From: a virus
Lineage: Duplodnaviria > Caudoviricetes
Virus record (IMG/VR): IMGVR_UViG_3300037484_000436
Location: 1 to 37,768 of that record
DNA length: 37,768 nucleotides
Direction: 5' to 3' (one strand)
The translations under genes and the position numbers were made by a program. A model generated the notes under the pieces. The model was not told where the DNA came from and ran no database searches. It saw nothing but the letters and a program-made list of their open reading frames with translations. This document shows positions 1 to 6,580 of the stretch, piece after piece. The first letter of the stretch is position 1; the number at the start of each line of letters is the position of its first letter.

Positions 1-243
1 GACCCGCCGCTCTTAATCGACCCGCCGCTCTCAATCCACTCACTACTCTTAATCGACCCGCCGCTCTCAATCGACCCGCCGCTCTCAATCGACCCGCCGC
101 TCTCAATCGACCCGCCGCTCTTAATCGACCCGCCGCTCTCAATCGACCCGCCGCTCTTAATCGACCCGCCGCTCTCAATCCACTCACTACTCTTAATCGA
201 CCCGCCGCTCTCAATCGACCCGCCGCTCTCAATCGACCCGCCG
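1..243. repeat. 18-bp tandem repeat (13.5 units visible), coding on the - strand
   Basis: Unit gacccgccgctct(c/t)aatc; variant cactcactactcttaatc at 37-54 and 181-198. Units 1-5 equal units 9-13, giving a 144-bp higher-order period. Confidence 0.97.
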
Positions 244-527
244 ACTAAAATATATTTAGCCTTAATGTGCCCCTCAACCTTCAGGCTCCCGGCGAAAAAC
301 AAGGAATGGTTTATTTCAATCGACCCCTTGACCTCCCAAACAACGTCCAGGCTCCCGGCAGCCTCCATCAGCCACATCGCCCAGTCGGACCGGTTTTCTT
401 CACCGAGGGCATTTAGGATTTCCTGGTAATCCGCCTCTTCCCCAAATCGTTCACTGAATACTTTCCGTGCTTCCAGGCAGGCTCGTTTTTCCGTCAGCCA
501 CTCAAGAGTTATTTTCACAGTTGCCAT
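1..527 (-). CDS. Hexapeptide-repeat (I[E/K]SGGS)n protein, predicted beta-solenoid; truncated at window edge (not in ORF track)
   Basis: ATG at 527 after AAGGGAAGG. Hand translation MATVKITLEWLTEKRACLEARKVFSERFGEEADYQEILNALGEENRSDWAMWLMEAAG...KYILVGGSIESGGSIESGGSIKSSEW..., open to position 1. Confidence 0.85.
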   Translation of the reverse strand, partial: MATVKITLEWLTEKRACLEARKVFSERFGEEADYQEILNALGEENRSDWAMWLMEAAGSLDVVWEVKGSIEINHSLFFAGSLKVEGHIKAKYILVGGSIESGGSIESGGSIKSSEWIESGGSIKSGGSIESGGSIKSGGSIESGGSIESGGSIESGGSIKSSEWIESGGSIKSGG

Positions 528-738
528 CCTTCCCTTTTTTTACATATGGATTGCAAAATTTTCCCCTCTTAGCGGGGAATATCCAATTTTCTTTTGGGAT
601 CGAAGTATATTTTTCTAACTTCATGGCTAATTCAGGAGAGGCGCGACGAGAACCTTGGAAAATTCGATAGATAGTAATAAAAGAAGAATTGGTTTTTTCG
701 GCCAAAACTTCAATCAATTCTTTGTGTTGAATTTTCAT
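502..738 (-). CDS. Cro/XRE-like helix-turn-helix regulator
   Basis: MKIQHKELIEVLAEKTNSSFITIYRIFQGSRRASPELAMKLEKYTSIPKENW fits an HTH pattern (LAEK..S...I.RI..G.R..S..LA.KLE). Start placed at ATG 738, 7 nt after a -10 box. Confidence 0.75.
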   Translation of the reverse strand: MKIQHKELIEVLAEKTNSSFITIYRIFQGSRRASPELAMKLEKYTSIPKENWIFPAKRGKFCNPYVKKGKDGNCENNS

Positions 739-745
739 GAAAAGA

Positions 746-774
746 ATATTACCAAATTGGTAACGAAATGTCAA
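746..774 (-). promoter_or_regulatory. Sigma70 promoter with overlapping palindromic operator
   Basis: TTGACA (774-769), 17 nt spacer, TAATAT (751-746) with TG extension; near-palindrome TTACCAAATTGGTAA at 749-763. Confidence 0.8.
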
Positions 775-793
775 GAAAAAAGAATAGTAGTTT

Positions 794-871
794 TTACCAG
801 CTATTATATGAATATTTTTTAAAATAAAAACCCCCATCCTTTACAGAATGAGGGTCAAGTAAATTTTCCAT
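794..871 (-). CDS. Possible 25-aa mini-ORF (MENLLDPHSVKDGGFYFKKYSYNSW) spanning the terminator
   Basis: GGGAGG SD 6 nt upstream of ATG 871; the ORF reads through the terminator hairpin. Confidence 0.3.
   Translation of the reverse strand: MENLLDPHSVKDGGFYFKKYSYNSW
821..855 (-). terminator. Intrinsic terminator
   Basis: ACCCTCATTCT-GTAA-AGGATGGGGGT (11 bp with G:U pairs, GNRA loop) followed by TTTTATTTT. Confidence 0.8.
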
Positions 872-973
872 TTATTTCCTCCCGCCAAAGGTTTTCCCTC
901 CCCTTCCAGGTGGCGGCCCGGTCAGGGAGGGATAATTACAACAGGGCGCGCCGTAGGGCGCTTTTCTCAATAA
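821..973 (-). ncRNA. Candidate structured small RNA/leader with H-type pseudoknot
   Basis: Bounded by a consensus promoter (980-1008) and a terminator (821-855). Contains hairpins GCGCC-CTAC-GGCGC and TCCCTCCC..CCGGG-CCGCCA-CCTGG..GGGAGGGA; loop CCGCCA is complementary to downstream TGGCGG. Confidence 0.5.
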
Positions 974-979
974 GGGACA

Positions 980-1008
980 ATCCTAACGAAAGACTTCCCC
1001 AATGTCAA
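980..1008 (-). promoter_or_regulatory. Sigma70 promoter
   Basis: TTGACA (1008-1003), 17 nt spacer, TAGGAT (985-980). Confidence 0.7.
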
Positions 1009-1011
1009 GGT

Positions 1012-1095
1012 TTATTTCTTCTTTTTCTTCCCGCTTACTACCGGGGCCATATTTTTATTTGGTTTCTTACCCTTGGCCTTCTTTTTGCTTCCCAT
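1012..1095 (-). CDS. 27-aa lysine-rich peptide (MGSKKKAKGKKPNKNMAPVVSGKKKKK)
   Basis: AAGGAG SD, ATG 1095, TAA 1014-1012; directly follows the Zn-ribbon ORF. Confidence 0.6.
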   Translation of the reverse strand: MGSKKKAKGKKPNKNMAPVVSGKKKKK

Positions 1096-1107
1096 GATAT
1101 TCTCCTT

Positions 1108-1260
1108 TTATAGTAAAAACTCACGTCCGCAAGACAAACAGGCCGCTACATTTCCCTTTTTGACAAGGATCTCTTCGCCACACTCCGGGCATTTTTCTTT
1201 TTTGCCATCTTCTTCAGTTCCCGGCGTATCCAGCGTTTCGCGAGTAGTCTCTTCAGCCAT
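1108..1260 (-). CDS. Small zinc-ribbon protein (CPEC...CLSC); N-terminus may instead come from the overlapping frame starting at 1265
   Basis: MAEETTRETLDTPGTEEDGKKEKCPECGEEILVKKGNVAACLSCGREFLL; two CxxC-G knuckles. Confidence 0.65.
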   Translation of the reverse strand: MAEETTRETLDTPGTEEDGKKEKCPECGEEILVKKGNVAACLSCGREFLL

Positions 1261-1276
1261 ATCATTTATTAGCCCT

Positions 1277-1774
1277 TTATGCATAAAAAAGATGATGGCC
1301 TATTGCTGCCATAGGCTTTCTGCCTCTGGCCCAGGCTGGATGCACATGGATTTCATGGTACAAGAGGGCCGAGGTATTGGTCTTGATCTCCCCGGCCAAC
1401 ATCTTCTGTGCAATATCATAACAATCCACAAGACATTTATCTCCAGCTTCTGAGTCTTCAAGTGCCGCCCCGAAGTCCTTGGCGATCTCTATGGCTCCTG
1501 TGTAATTAGGATCCATCTGGTTAGGTATGATCCAGGAAAATTGAGCGTCTTTGTTGCCGGGAGCTGGTGAGGCCAGAATCACGCTCTTAATTGAATTGCC
1601 ATAGAGTCTACCCCAGGCCTTATGATCCAATCCAAATTTGACCCGGTTAAGAACTACGGACCCCACGGCGATCCGTCCCGCAGTAGGCTCCCCCCTGGCC
1701 TCCCGATCAATGTTTAATCCCAAAAGCTCATCGTCTTTAAGATGGGAGAATTGGCTGGTTTCAGTGCGTGTCAT
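1277..1774 (-). CDS. Endolysin, SleB/Hydrolase_2-type cell wall hydrolase
   Basis: REARGEP..GRIAVGSVVLNRV, QFSW and C-terminal IGHHLFY motifs; downstream of holin-like genes. Confidence 0.88.
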   Translation of the reverse strand: MTRTETSQFSHLKDDELLGLNIDREARGEPTAGRIAVGSVVLNRVKFGLDHKAWGRLYGNSIKSVILASPAPGNKDAQFSWIIPNQMDPNYTGAIEIAKDFGAALEDSEAGDKCLVDCYDIAQKMLAGEIKTNTSALLYHEIHVHPAWARGRKPMAAIGHHLFYA

Positions 1775-2142
1775 CTCAATAACTCCTCATCAATCCTTTT
1801 TCGGGTCCGTTCCTCGCACCCCTCCCCCACCAGACACAACTCGGATAGAGTCAACAGGATCAGCTTCAATGTCCGGGTAGTTCTTTCCTCATATAATCTT
1901 ACATGCTCAAAGTTGGCATCTCCACAACTTAGATCATCACTGATTTTGGTTATCTTTGTGTTCACCTCTGTGATCTTTGCCACCACACTCAGAAAGCAGA
2001 GGGCTTGGTTGTCCTTACACTTCTGTTCGGTTATCCTGCTGGATTTAGATAGCCACCGATTCCATGCTCCCTTTCCAATTAAGGTCAATACCACAGATGC
2101 AAATACAAGAAACACAGGGTGATTGATAATTGTTAACATCAC
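1771..2142 (-). CDS. Single-TM membrane protein with coiled-coil tail (holin/antiholin-like)
   Basis: N-terminal hydrophobic helix PVFLVFASVVLTLIG; ATGA overlap with the endolysin. Confidence 0.55.
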   Translation of the reverse strand: MMLTIINHPVFLVFASVVLTLIGKGAWNRWLSKSSRITEQKCKDNQALCFLSVVAKITEVNTKITKISDDLSCGDANFEHVRLYEERTTRTLKLILLTLSELCLVGEGCEERTRKRIDEELLR

Positions 2143-2161
2143 ATTACTTTCCTTTACTTAT

Positions 2162-2479
2162 TTACCCAGTTACCTGGCTTTTTTTAACAGCACCGACAAT
2201 TGCCAGAATCAATCCATAAAGCTGCACTCCGACAGGAATAACCACTCGCGCCGCTCCCGTCAGGGTCCCGAAATTATCCGATAGACTGGTCAAGGTTTTG
2301 TTGTCGAGTTCAATCCCAAAGAATGTCTGAAGTAAAATACCAATGAAGAGGATGGCGGCCCCGATGAATCGTCTTGAGGCCCATCCAGGCTTATCGGTTC
2401 CATTCTCCTCTTTGTAAATCTTTCTGACATCCTTAAACTTAAGAAGGACTTTTATGTATTTGATTATTTGAAACATCAC
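2162..2479 (-). CDS. Putative holin (two TM helices)
   Basis: WASRRFIGAAILFIGILLQTFFG and VVIPVGVQLYGLILAIVGAV; lysis-module position. Confidence 0.6.
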   Translation of the reverse strand: MMFQIIKYIKVLLKFKDVRKIYKEENGTDKPGWASRRFIGAAILFIGILLQTFFGIELDNKTLTSLSDNFGTLTGAARVVIPVGVQLYGLILAIVGAVKKSQVTG

Positions 2480-2670
2480 TACTCACCACCTTTCTTTTCT
2501 TCTCTTATATATTTTACTACTCTAAAATCAGATCTCTTTGATAGTGGTGCTCCTAACGCCGACCTAAACTTAAACAGGTCCTGTAATGCCTCTTCCTTAG
2601 TATGGGCACACTGAGACGATGGTTCCCAAGCACCATTTCGTTTCTCTTCGATAACATACATTTTTTTCAT
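2479..2670 (-). CDS. Hypothetical protein
   Basis: 63-aa ORF tightly packed with its neighbours. Confidence 0.65.
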   Translation of the reverse strand: MKKMYVIEEKRNGAWEPSSQCAHTKEEALQDLFKFRSALGAPLSKRSDFRVVKYIREEKKGGE

Positions 2671-2825
2671 GATTTAATTTTCTTTCTATTTCTCCACCAC
2701 TTCCAAAATTTACGTCCAAGTTTTAAAACATCAACCTTGAAATACGCTCCCGGCGCTTGTTGGGGGTTCGGTCAAAAATGAGGCTCCCCGGGAAATTTAG
2801 GCTCTCCACAATCGAGACAGTTCAT
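2667..2825 (-). CDS. Small CxxC...HxU/C protein with in-frame TGA (selenoprotein candidate or pseudogene)
   Basis: MNCLDCGEPKFPGEPHF*PNPQQAPGAYFKVDVLKLGRKFWKWWRNRKKIKS. Internal TGA at 2774-2772; final TGA overlaps the next ATG (ATGA at 2670-2667). Confidence 0.5.
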
Positions 2826-2866
2826 TTTTTACTCATTTTGGACTGGGGCATTTTTCATCTCAATAC

Positions 2867-3064
2867 TCACTTTCTGGTTTCAACTTTCCTTAATGCCCAT
2901 CGTAAACATTGTTTTGGCGTTTTAAAACAAGGAGTTTCAACATACTGTCCCTTATAAATAAAAGTTACCGACCAACGTCCTTTAAGAGGGGCGTCTCCTC
3001 GTAAAACAAAGCTTCTCCACAATCCCCGAAAAGACTCTCCTAATTGCTCAATCATAGCTTCCAT
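2867..3064 (-). CDS. Hypothetical protein
   Basis: MEAMIEQLGESFRGLWRSF...WSVTFIYKGQYVETP; starts just after the lipoprotein stop. Confidence 0.65.
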   Translation of the reverse strand: MEAMIEQLGESFRGLWRSFVLRGDAPLKGRWSVTFIYKGQYVETPCFKTPKQCLRWALRKVETRK

Positions 3065-3065
3065 C

Positions 3066-3602
3066 TCAATACTCGCTTTCCGGGACCACAGTCCCCACCT
3101 GCACCCGGTTTCCGAACTGCTGTAACCTACTATAAGTCGGAGGCCCGATTCTGCAACCAAAGCGGTCCTTGAGGTCATTAGCTATGATCGTAATGGTTAA
3201 GGCTGGATCTTTGGTCAGCATTGCCTCTGCCATCACTATCTTGGCATCATACCACATCTGGATTTGGCTGTAATAGGTTTCCAGCGCAACTAACTCTGGA
3301 TCATCCCCAGATGCTGGTTGTCCAACTGGCCAGCCATTGGCCACTTGGCCCAGGACATATAGCACTGCACCTTCCCTCCCCGGAAACCCGGCAGTGTTCA
3401 TTTCCGTTGCCACCTGGGGCAAGTCAAACAGAATGATAGATGTCGCTGGTATAGGAGTAGGAGTTGGTGTTGGTACAGGAGTAGGTGTGGGTACAGGCTG
3501 AGGTACAGGAGTAGGATTGACCTTATCCCAAATCTCCTGAATCGTCAGGCCACAGCCACATAAGGCCAAACATAGGACTAAGATTGATAGTAGTCTAATC
3601 AT
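3066..3602 (-). CDS. Lipoprotein with Pro/Thr-rich linker
   Basis: Signal MIRLLSILVLCLALCGC (lipobox-like) followed by PTPVPQPVPTPTPVPTPTPTPIP. Confidence 0.75.
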   Translation of the reverse strand: MIRLLSILVLCLALCGCGLTIQEIWDKVNPTPVPQPVPTPTPVPTPTPTPIPATSIILFDLPQVATEMNTAGFPGREGAVLYVLGQVANGWPVGQPASGDDPELVALETYYSQIQMWYDAKIVMAEAMLTKDPALTITIIANDLKDRFGCRIGPPTYSRLQQFGNRVQVGTVVPESEY

Positions 3603-4138
3603 AACATCCCCTCCTTTAAGAGATTTAATATCTCCTTGGTCAAAACCCCCTCAAAGATTATCACCATATCTCGGTCGATCTTCCACTTATCCACCAGATC
3701 GTCCGGGGTCATACCATAGATAATGTTCTTAAATCCAGCCCCGGCCATGAACTTCCCAGTCTGCTCATGACAGACTCCACAACCCCAAGCAAAAAACTTC
3801 CCTAATCTAAGGGCTAATGGAAGTAATCTCCATACCGGATAGAGCTTCCCGATATCTCCCTTGACAGCATCATATCCCTGAATGAATCTTGTTTTGGTCA
3901 TAGCCAAGTGTCGAGCAATAAACACCCTATCACCAACACGCTGGTCTAATGTGTACTTATTGTAGGTTGGCCATCTTGCTTCAAGCGTATCGCCTTTATG
4001 ATTTATAATAACCCCAGCATGGTTGTATGGAGCATCGTTATCCTGGCTCCAAAACCACTGCACGGCTCTCATAAGATTGGGGAGGACCCCCTTGCTTCTG
4101 GAAACAAAGAGGTCTCCGGCATGTAACCCGTTTTTCAT
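3599..4138 (-). CDS. Permuted NlpC/P60 (YiiX/YebB-like) papain-fold enzyme
   Basis: GDLFV, YNHAGV (His), TLEA, G+.Y, VCHE (Cys) and TPDDL in permuted order. Confidence 0.75.
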   Translation of the reverse strand: MKNGLHAGDLFVSRSKGVLPNLMRAVQWFWSQDNDAPYNHAGVIINHKGDTLEARWPTYNKYTLDQRVGDRVFIARHLAMTKTRFIQGYDAVKGDIGKLYPVWRLLPLALRLGKFFAWGCGVCHEQTGKFMAGAGFKNIIYGMTPDDLVDKWKIDRDMVIIFEGVLTKEILNLLKEGML

Positions 4139-4148
4139 AGCTCATCTC

Positions 4149-4556
4149 CTACGGTGTTCTCAACCCACCCACATTAGCCGGGGGGGTATAATACTGTGCA
4201 CCAAAGGTGGCCCCGCCCTGACATACTGCAGGATCACTACTCCAACTGATAGTAGAGGATTCCAACTCTATCCCATCCACGTTCCTAACTGAGCGCACAC
4301 CAAAGTAGTAGCGGCCCTCAATGGTGAAGGTGATGGTATCACTGGTGGTGGTAACTGTTCTTAAATAGGTTTCCACCCCACCGGCAACTGGTCTGCTATA
4401 GGTCTTATAGCTGACCGTACCACTCACCACTGTCACCGGGTCCCAACTCACTGTAATCTGGTTGGCCGTCACCCATTGTTGAGCGTTAACCGATCCTGTG
4501 CTTAGGATCAGGAACAGAACCAAAAGCATCATTTTTAACCATAGTCTCTCTTTCAT
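4149..4556 (-). CDS. Exported fibronectin type III-like protein
   Basis: Signal peptide ending VNA; ITVSWDPV..YKTY..YYFGVRSV..ES pattern. Confidence 0.7.
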   Translation of the reverse strand: MKERLWLKMMLLVLFLILSTGSVNAQQWVTANQITVSWDPVTVVSGTVSYKTYSRPVAGGVETYLRTVTTTSDTITFTIEGRYYFGVRSVRNVDGIELESSTISWSSDPAVCQGGATFGAQYYTPPANVGGLRTP

Positions 4557-4719
4557 TTTGTCTCTCCTCTTCTTCTATTTTCATGATTGTTTGCATATAC
4601 CCACCGATCTCTTCCAGTAGTCGTTTGTACTCGGTTACGACCACCAACTGCTCAAAGGTTTGGGCTTTTCTCTGAGCTACCTCTATTTTCAATCTCAATA
4701 GTTCCACTTCCTTTTCCAT
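4486..4719 (-). CDS. Hypothetical coiled-coil protein
   Basis: GGAGGAGG SD before ATG 4719; helical, charged. Confidence 0.6.
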   Translation of the reverse strand: MEKEVELLRLKIEVAQRKAQTFEQLVVVTEYKRLLEEIGGYMQTIMKIEEEERQNERETMVKNDAFGSVPDPKHRIG

Positions 4720-4730
4720 AGTTCCTCCTC

Positions 4731-4805
4731 CTATCGTGATAGATTACAATAAACCTTAATCAGGACCAACACAATCAATATAAGACTAACCCACTCACTC
4801 ACCAT
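4731..4805 (-). CDS. 24-aa single-TM peptide (MVSEWVSLILIVLVLIKVYCNLSR)
   Basis: AGGAGG SD, ATG 4805; fills the gap between two genes. Confidence 0.55.
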   Translation of the reverse strand: MVSEWVSLILIVLVLIKVYCNLSR

Positions 4806-4816
4806 AAAACCTCCTC

Positions 4817-5143
4817 CTATCTTGTTATTTGGGAATGATCCCTTAGATACACAATGGCTTTGGCCATGGCCTTGAGGGCTGTCTTGGCGCTGGCCAGGTC
4901 CGTGACGTTGGTATTGATCCATGCCTCTACTTGTATGGCAGTCCAGGTAGACCATCCCGGCAGGGCCTTCATGTCGGTCTTAGCAGCAATCAACACTTGT
5001 GCTTGCGCTTCCCTTGCGGCAATTTCCTCCGGGGTATCAGGGATTATCCGCTTCCAGCTATAGGCCCACTTCTCATATCCAGGTAGGATGTTTCCTTGAT
5101 CGTCCTCTGCTTCTGCCTGTGGCACGTCTATATACTGCATCAC
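4817..5143 (-). CDS. Putative tail fibre-associated/assembly protein
   Basis: Immediately follows the tail fibre; TPEEIAAREA linker motif. Confidence 0.55.
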   Translation of the reverse strand: MMQYIDVPQAEAEDDQGNILPGYEKWAYSWKRIIPDTPEEIAAREAQAQVLIAAKTDMKALPGWSTWTAIQVEAWINTNVTDLASAKTALKAMAKAIVYLRDHSQITR

Positions 5144-5149
5144 CCCTCC

Positions 5150-6580
5150 TTAATTAATCTCAAACTCAATCTGGCCATACAAATAACAGGTGCTGGTGCC
5201 AACCGTAAAGTTTCCAGCCGTAATTGTGTAAATATCAATATATGTTCCCCCGGCACTTGTCTGAAAAAATCCTGGCCCCCAAACACTATTATCGTATACC
5301 CCTGCTGGTGCTCTCATTGTCTTGGTAGCTGTCTTGCTGGCAGGAATAACTCTGCGTAAGTTTATGTTTGGTGTACCTCCGATAGTGGAGGCAGCAACAT
5401 AAAGACTGACGGTCATTTTCTTGCCCATAATATTATAGGCACAAACCACCACGTCTCCAGCTTCCACGGTCCAGGTCATTGAACCACCAGCCGTGTAATC
5501 TCCGGCGCTGAAACCCGGTGTGGTCCAGGGCACATACTCCAGGGCACTCAGCACTCCTGCCGTGCCAAGAATCACCCCGGCCAGGGAGCCGATGGTGGCC
5601 CCGGCAAAGGTGGGGCTTGCCGCTTGCTTCACACTCTGGTCGAACCAGTCGGCCAGGGTAGGGTTGCCGCTCAGGGTCAGGGTCCGGGCCGCATCCCCGG
5701 TGGTGAGGGTTAGGATACGGTCGGCAGTGAGGTCACTGCCACAGCCCAATCTCAGGTAGTGGCTGGCATTGGAGTCGATGAGGCCAAGGGCATTGGCAAC
5801 GGGCAAATTGAGCAGCCCACTGCTCTTGAGTACCATCCGGTAGTAGGAGGTCCCCGCCAGATAAGTCTGAAACCACAAGTCCCCGGTGTTGTCGGCCCCA
5901 GCCCTTACCCCGAACACTCCACCTATGGGGTTAGAGGTCCCGGCGCTGTCCTTGATGTCAAAGGAGAACCCCCCGCCGAACCCGTCCGCCATATTCCCGG
6001 AGGTGGCGTGCTCCACCGATACTCCGGCCCTTATCTCATTAGTGAGGACGGTGGAGCGGGTCCCACGGATCACAGGGTAGTTGGCATGGGTGACCAGGAG
6101 TGCTCCAGTAAGGGTTAGACCCGCAAAGGTGGGGGAGTCGGCAGTCCGTATCCCCTGGATGGTATTGAGGGTGGGGGCAGAGTACGACAGGCTGGTCCCG
6201 ATGGTAGCCGCTGCCACTACCCCGCTGGCCGCCTTGAGGATACCGGATAGGGACCCTATGGTGAGTCCGGTGAAGGTAGGACTATCTCCAGTCCCCAACC
6301 CCAGCAGGGTACGGAAACCAGCCACACTCAATGTCTCCAACTGCTTACTGGCATTGGTGGATACCGGCATGGAGGCCGTCAGCCCACTCAGGATCAGATT
6401 GAGAAAAGTCGGACTGCTGTTGGTATAAAGGCTCTGATCCAGGATGCCCTTTAAAAGCATCTGAATATAATTGAGAGGCCCTATTCCAGGAGGCACCACC
6501 GTTGCGGCCTGGGAGGGGTCCGCTGCCCGTGGGACATTAGTACTGACTTCTGCCGATTTATCTGTGGGCGGTTGTCCCAT
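5150..6580 (-). CDS. Tail fibre / receptor-binding protein
   Basis: Gly/Thr/Ser-rich; four SPTF.GLT-type repeats; C-terminal beta domain (WTTP...Y...GKKMTV...GQIEFEI). Confidence 0.8.
   Translation of the reverse strand: MGQPPTDKSAEVSTNVPRAADPSQAATVVPPGIGPLNYIQMLLKGILDQSLYTNSSPTFLNLILSGLTASMPVSTNASKQLETLSVAGFRTLLGLGTGDSPTFTGLTIGSLSGILKAASGVVAAATIGTSLSYSAPTLNTIQGIRTADSPTFAGLTLTGALLVTHANYPVIRGTRSTVLTNEIRAGVSVEHATSGNMADGFGGGFSFDIKDSAGTSNPIGGVFGVRAGADNTGDLWFQTYLAGTSYYRMVLKSSGLLNLPVANALGLIDSNASHYLRLGCGSDLTADRILTLTTGDAARTLTLSGNPTLADWFDQSVKQAASPTFAGATIGSLAGVILGTAGVLSALEYVPWTTPGFSAGDYTAGGSMTWTVEAGDVVVCAYNIMGKKMTVSLYVAASTIGGTPNINLRRVIPASKTATKTMRAPAGVYDNSVWGPGFFQTSAGGTYIDIYTITAGNFTVGTSTCYLYGQIEFEIN

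Noticed and set aside
1-243. CRISPR array or iteron cluster
   Set aside because: Units are contiguous with no unique spacers, and the array is in frame within a coding sequence.
739-837. N-terminal extension of the HTH ORF from ATG 837
   Set aside because: ATG 837 lies inside the terminator stem, and the extension spans the promoter.
878-961. Assignment of the structured RNA to ZTP, guanidine-II, preQ1, hammerhead or HDV-like classes
   Set aside because: Conserved core nucleotides and element order did not match by eye; left unassigned.
2829-2870. Upstream in-frame extension (GTG 2870, MSIEMKNAPVQNE) of the TGA-containing ORF
   Set aside because: Separated by TAA at 2831-2829. It is noted because it slightly favours the pseudogene reading, but it is not callable as a gene.
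5150-6580. Diversity-generating retroelement or invertible tail-fibre cassette
   Set aside because: No reverse transcriptase, invertase or template/variable repeat pair is visible in the window.
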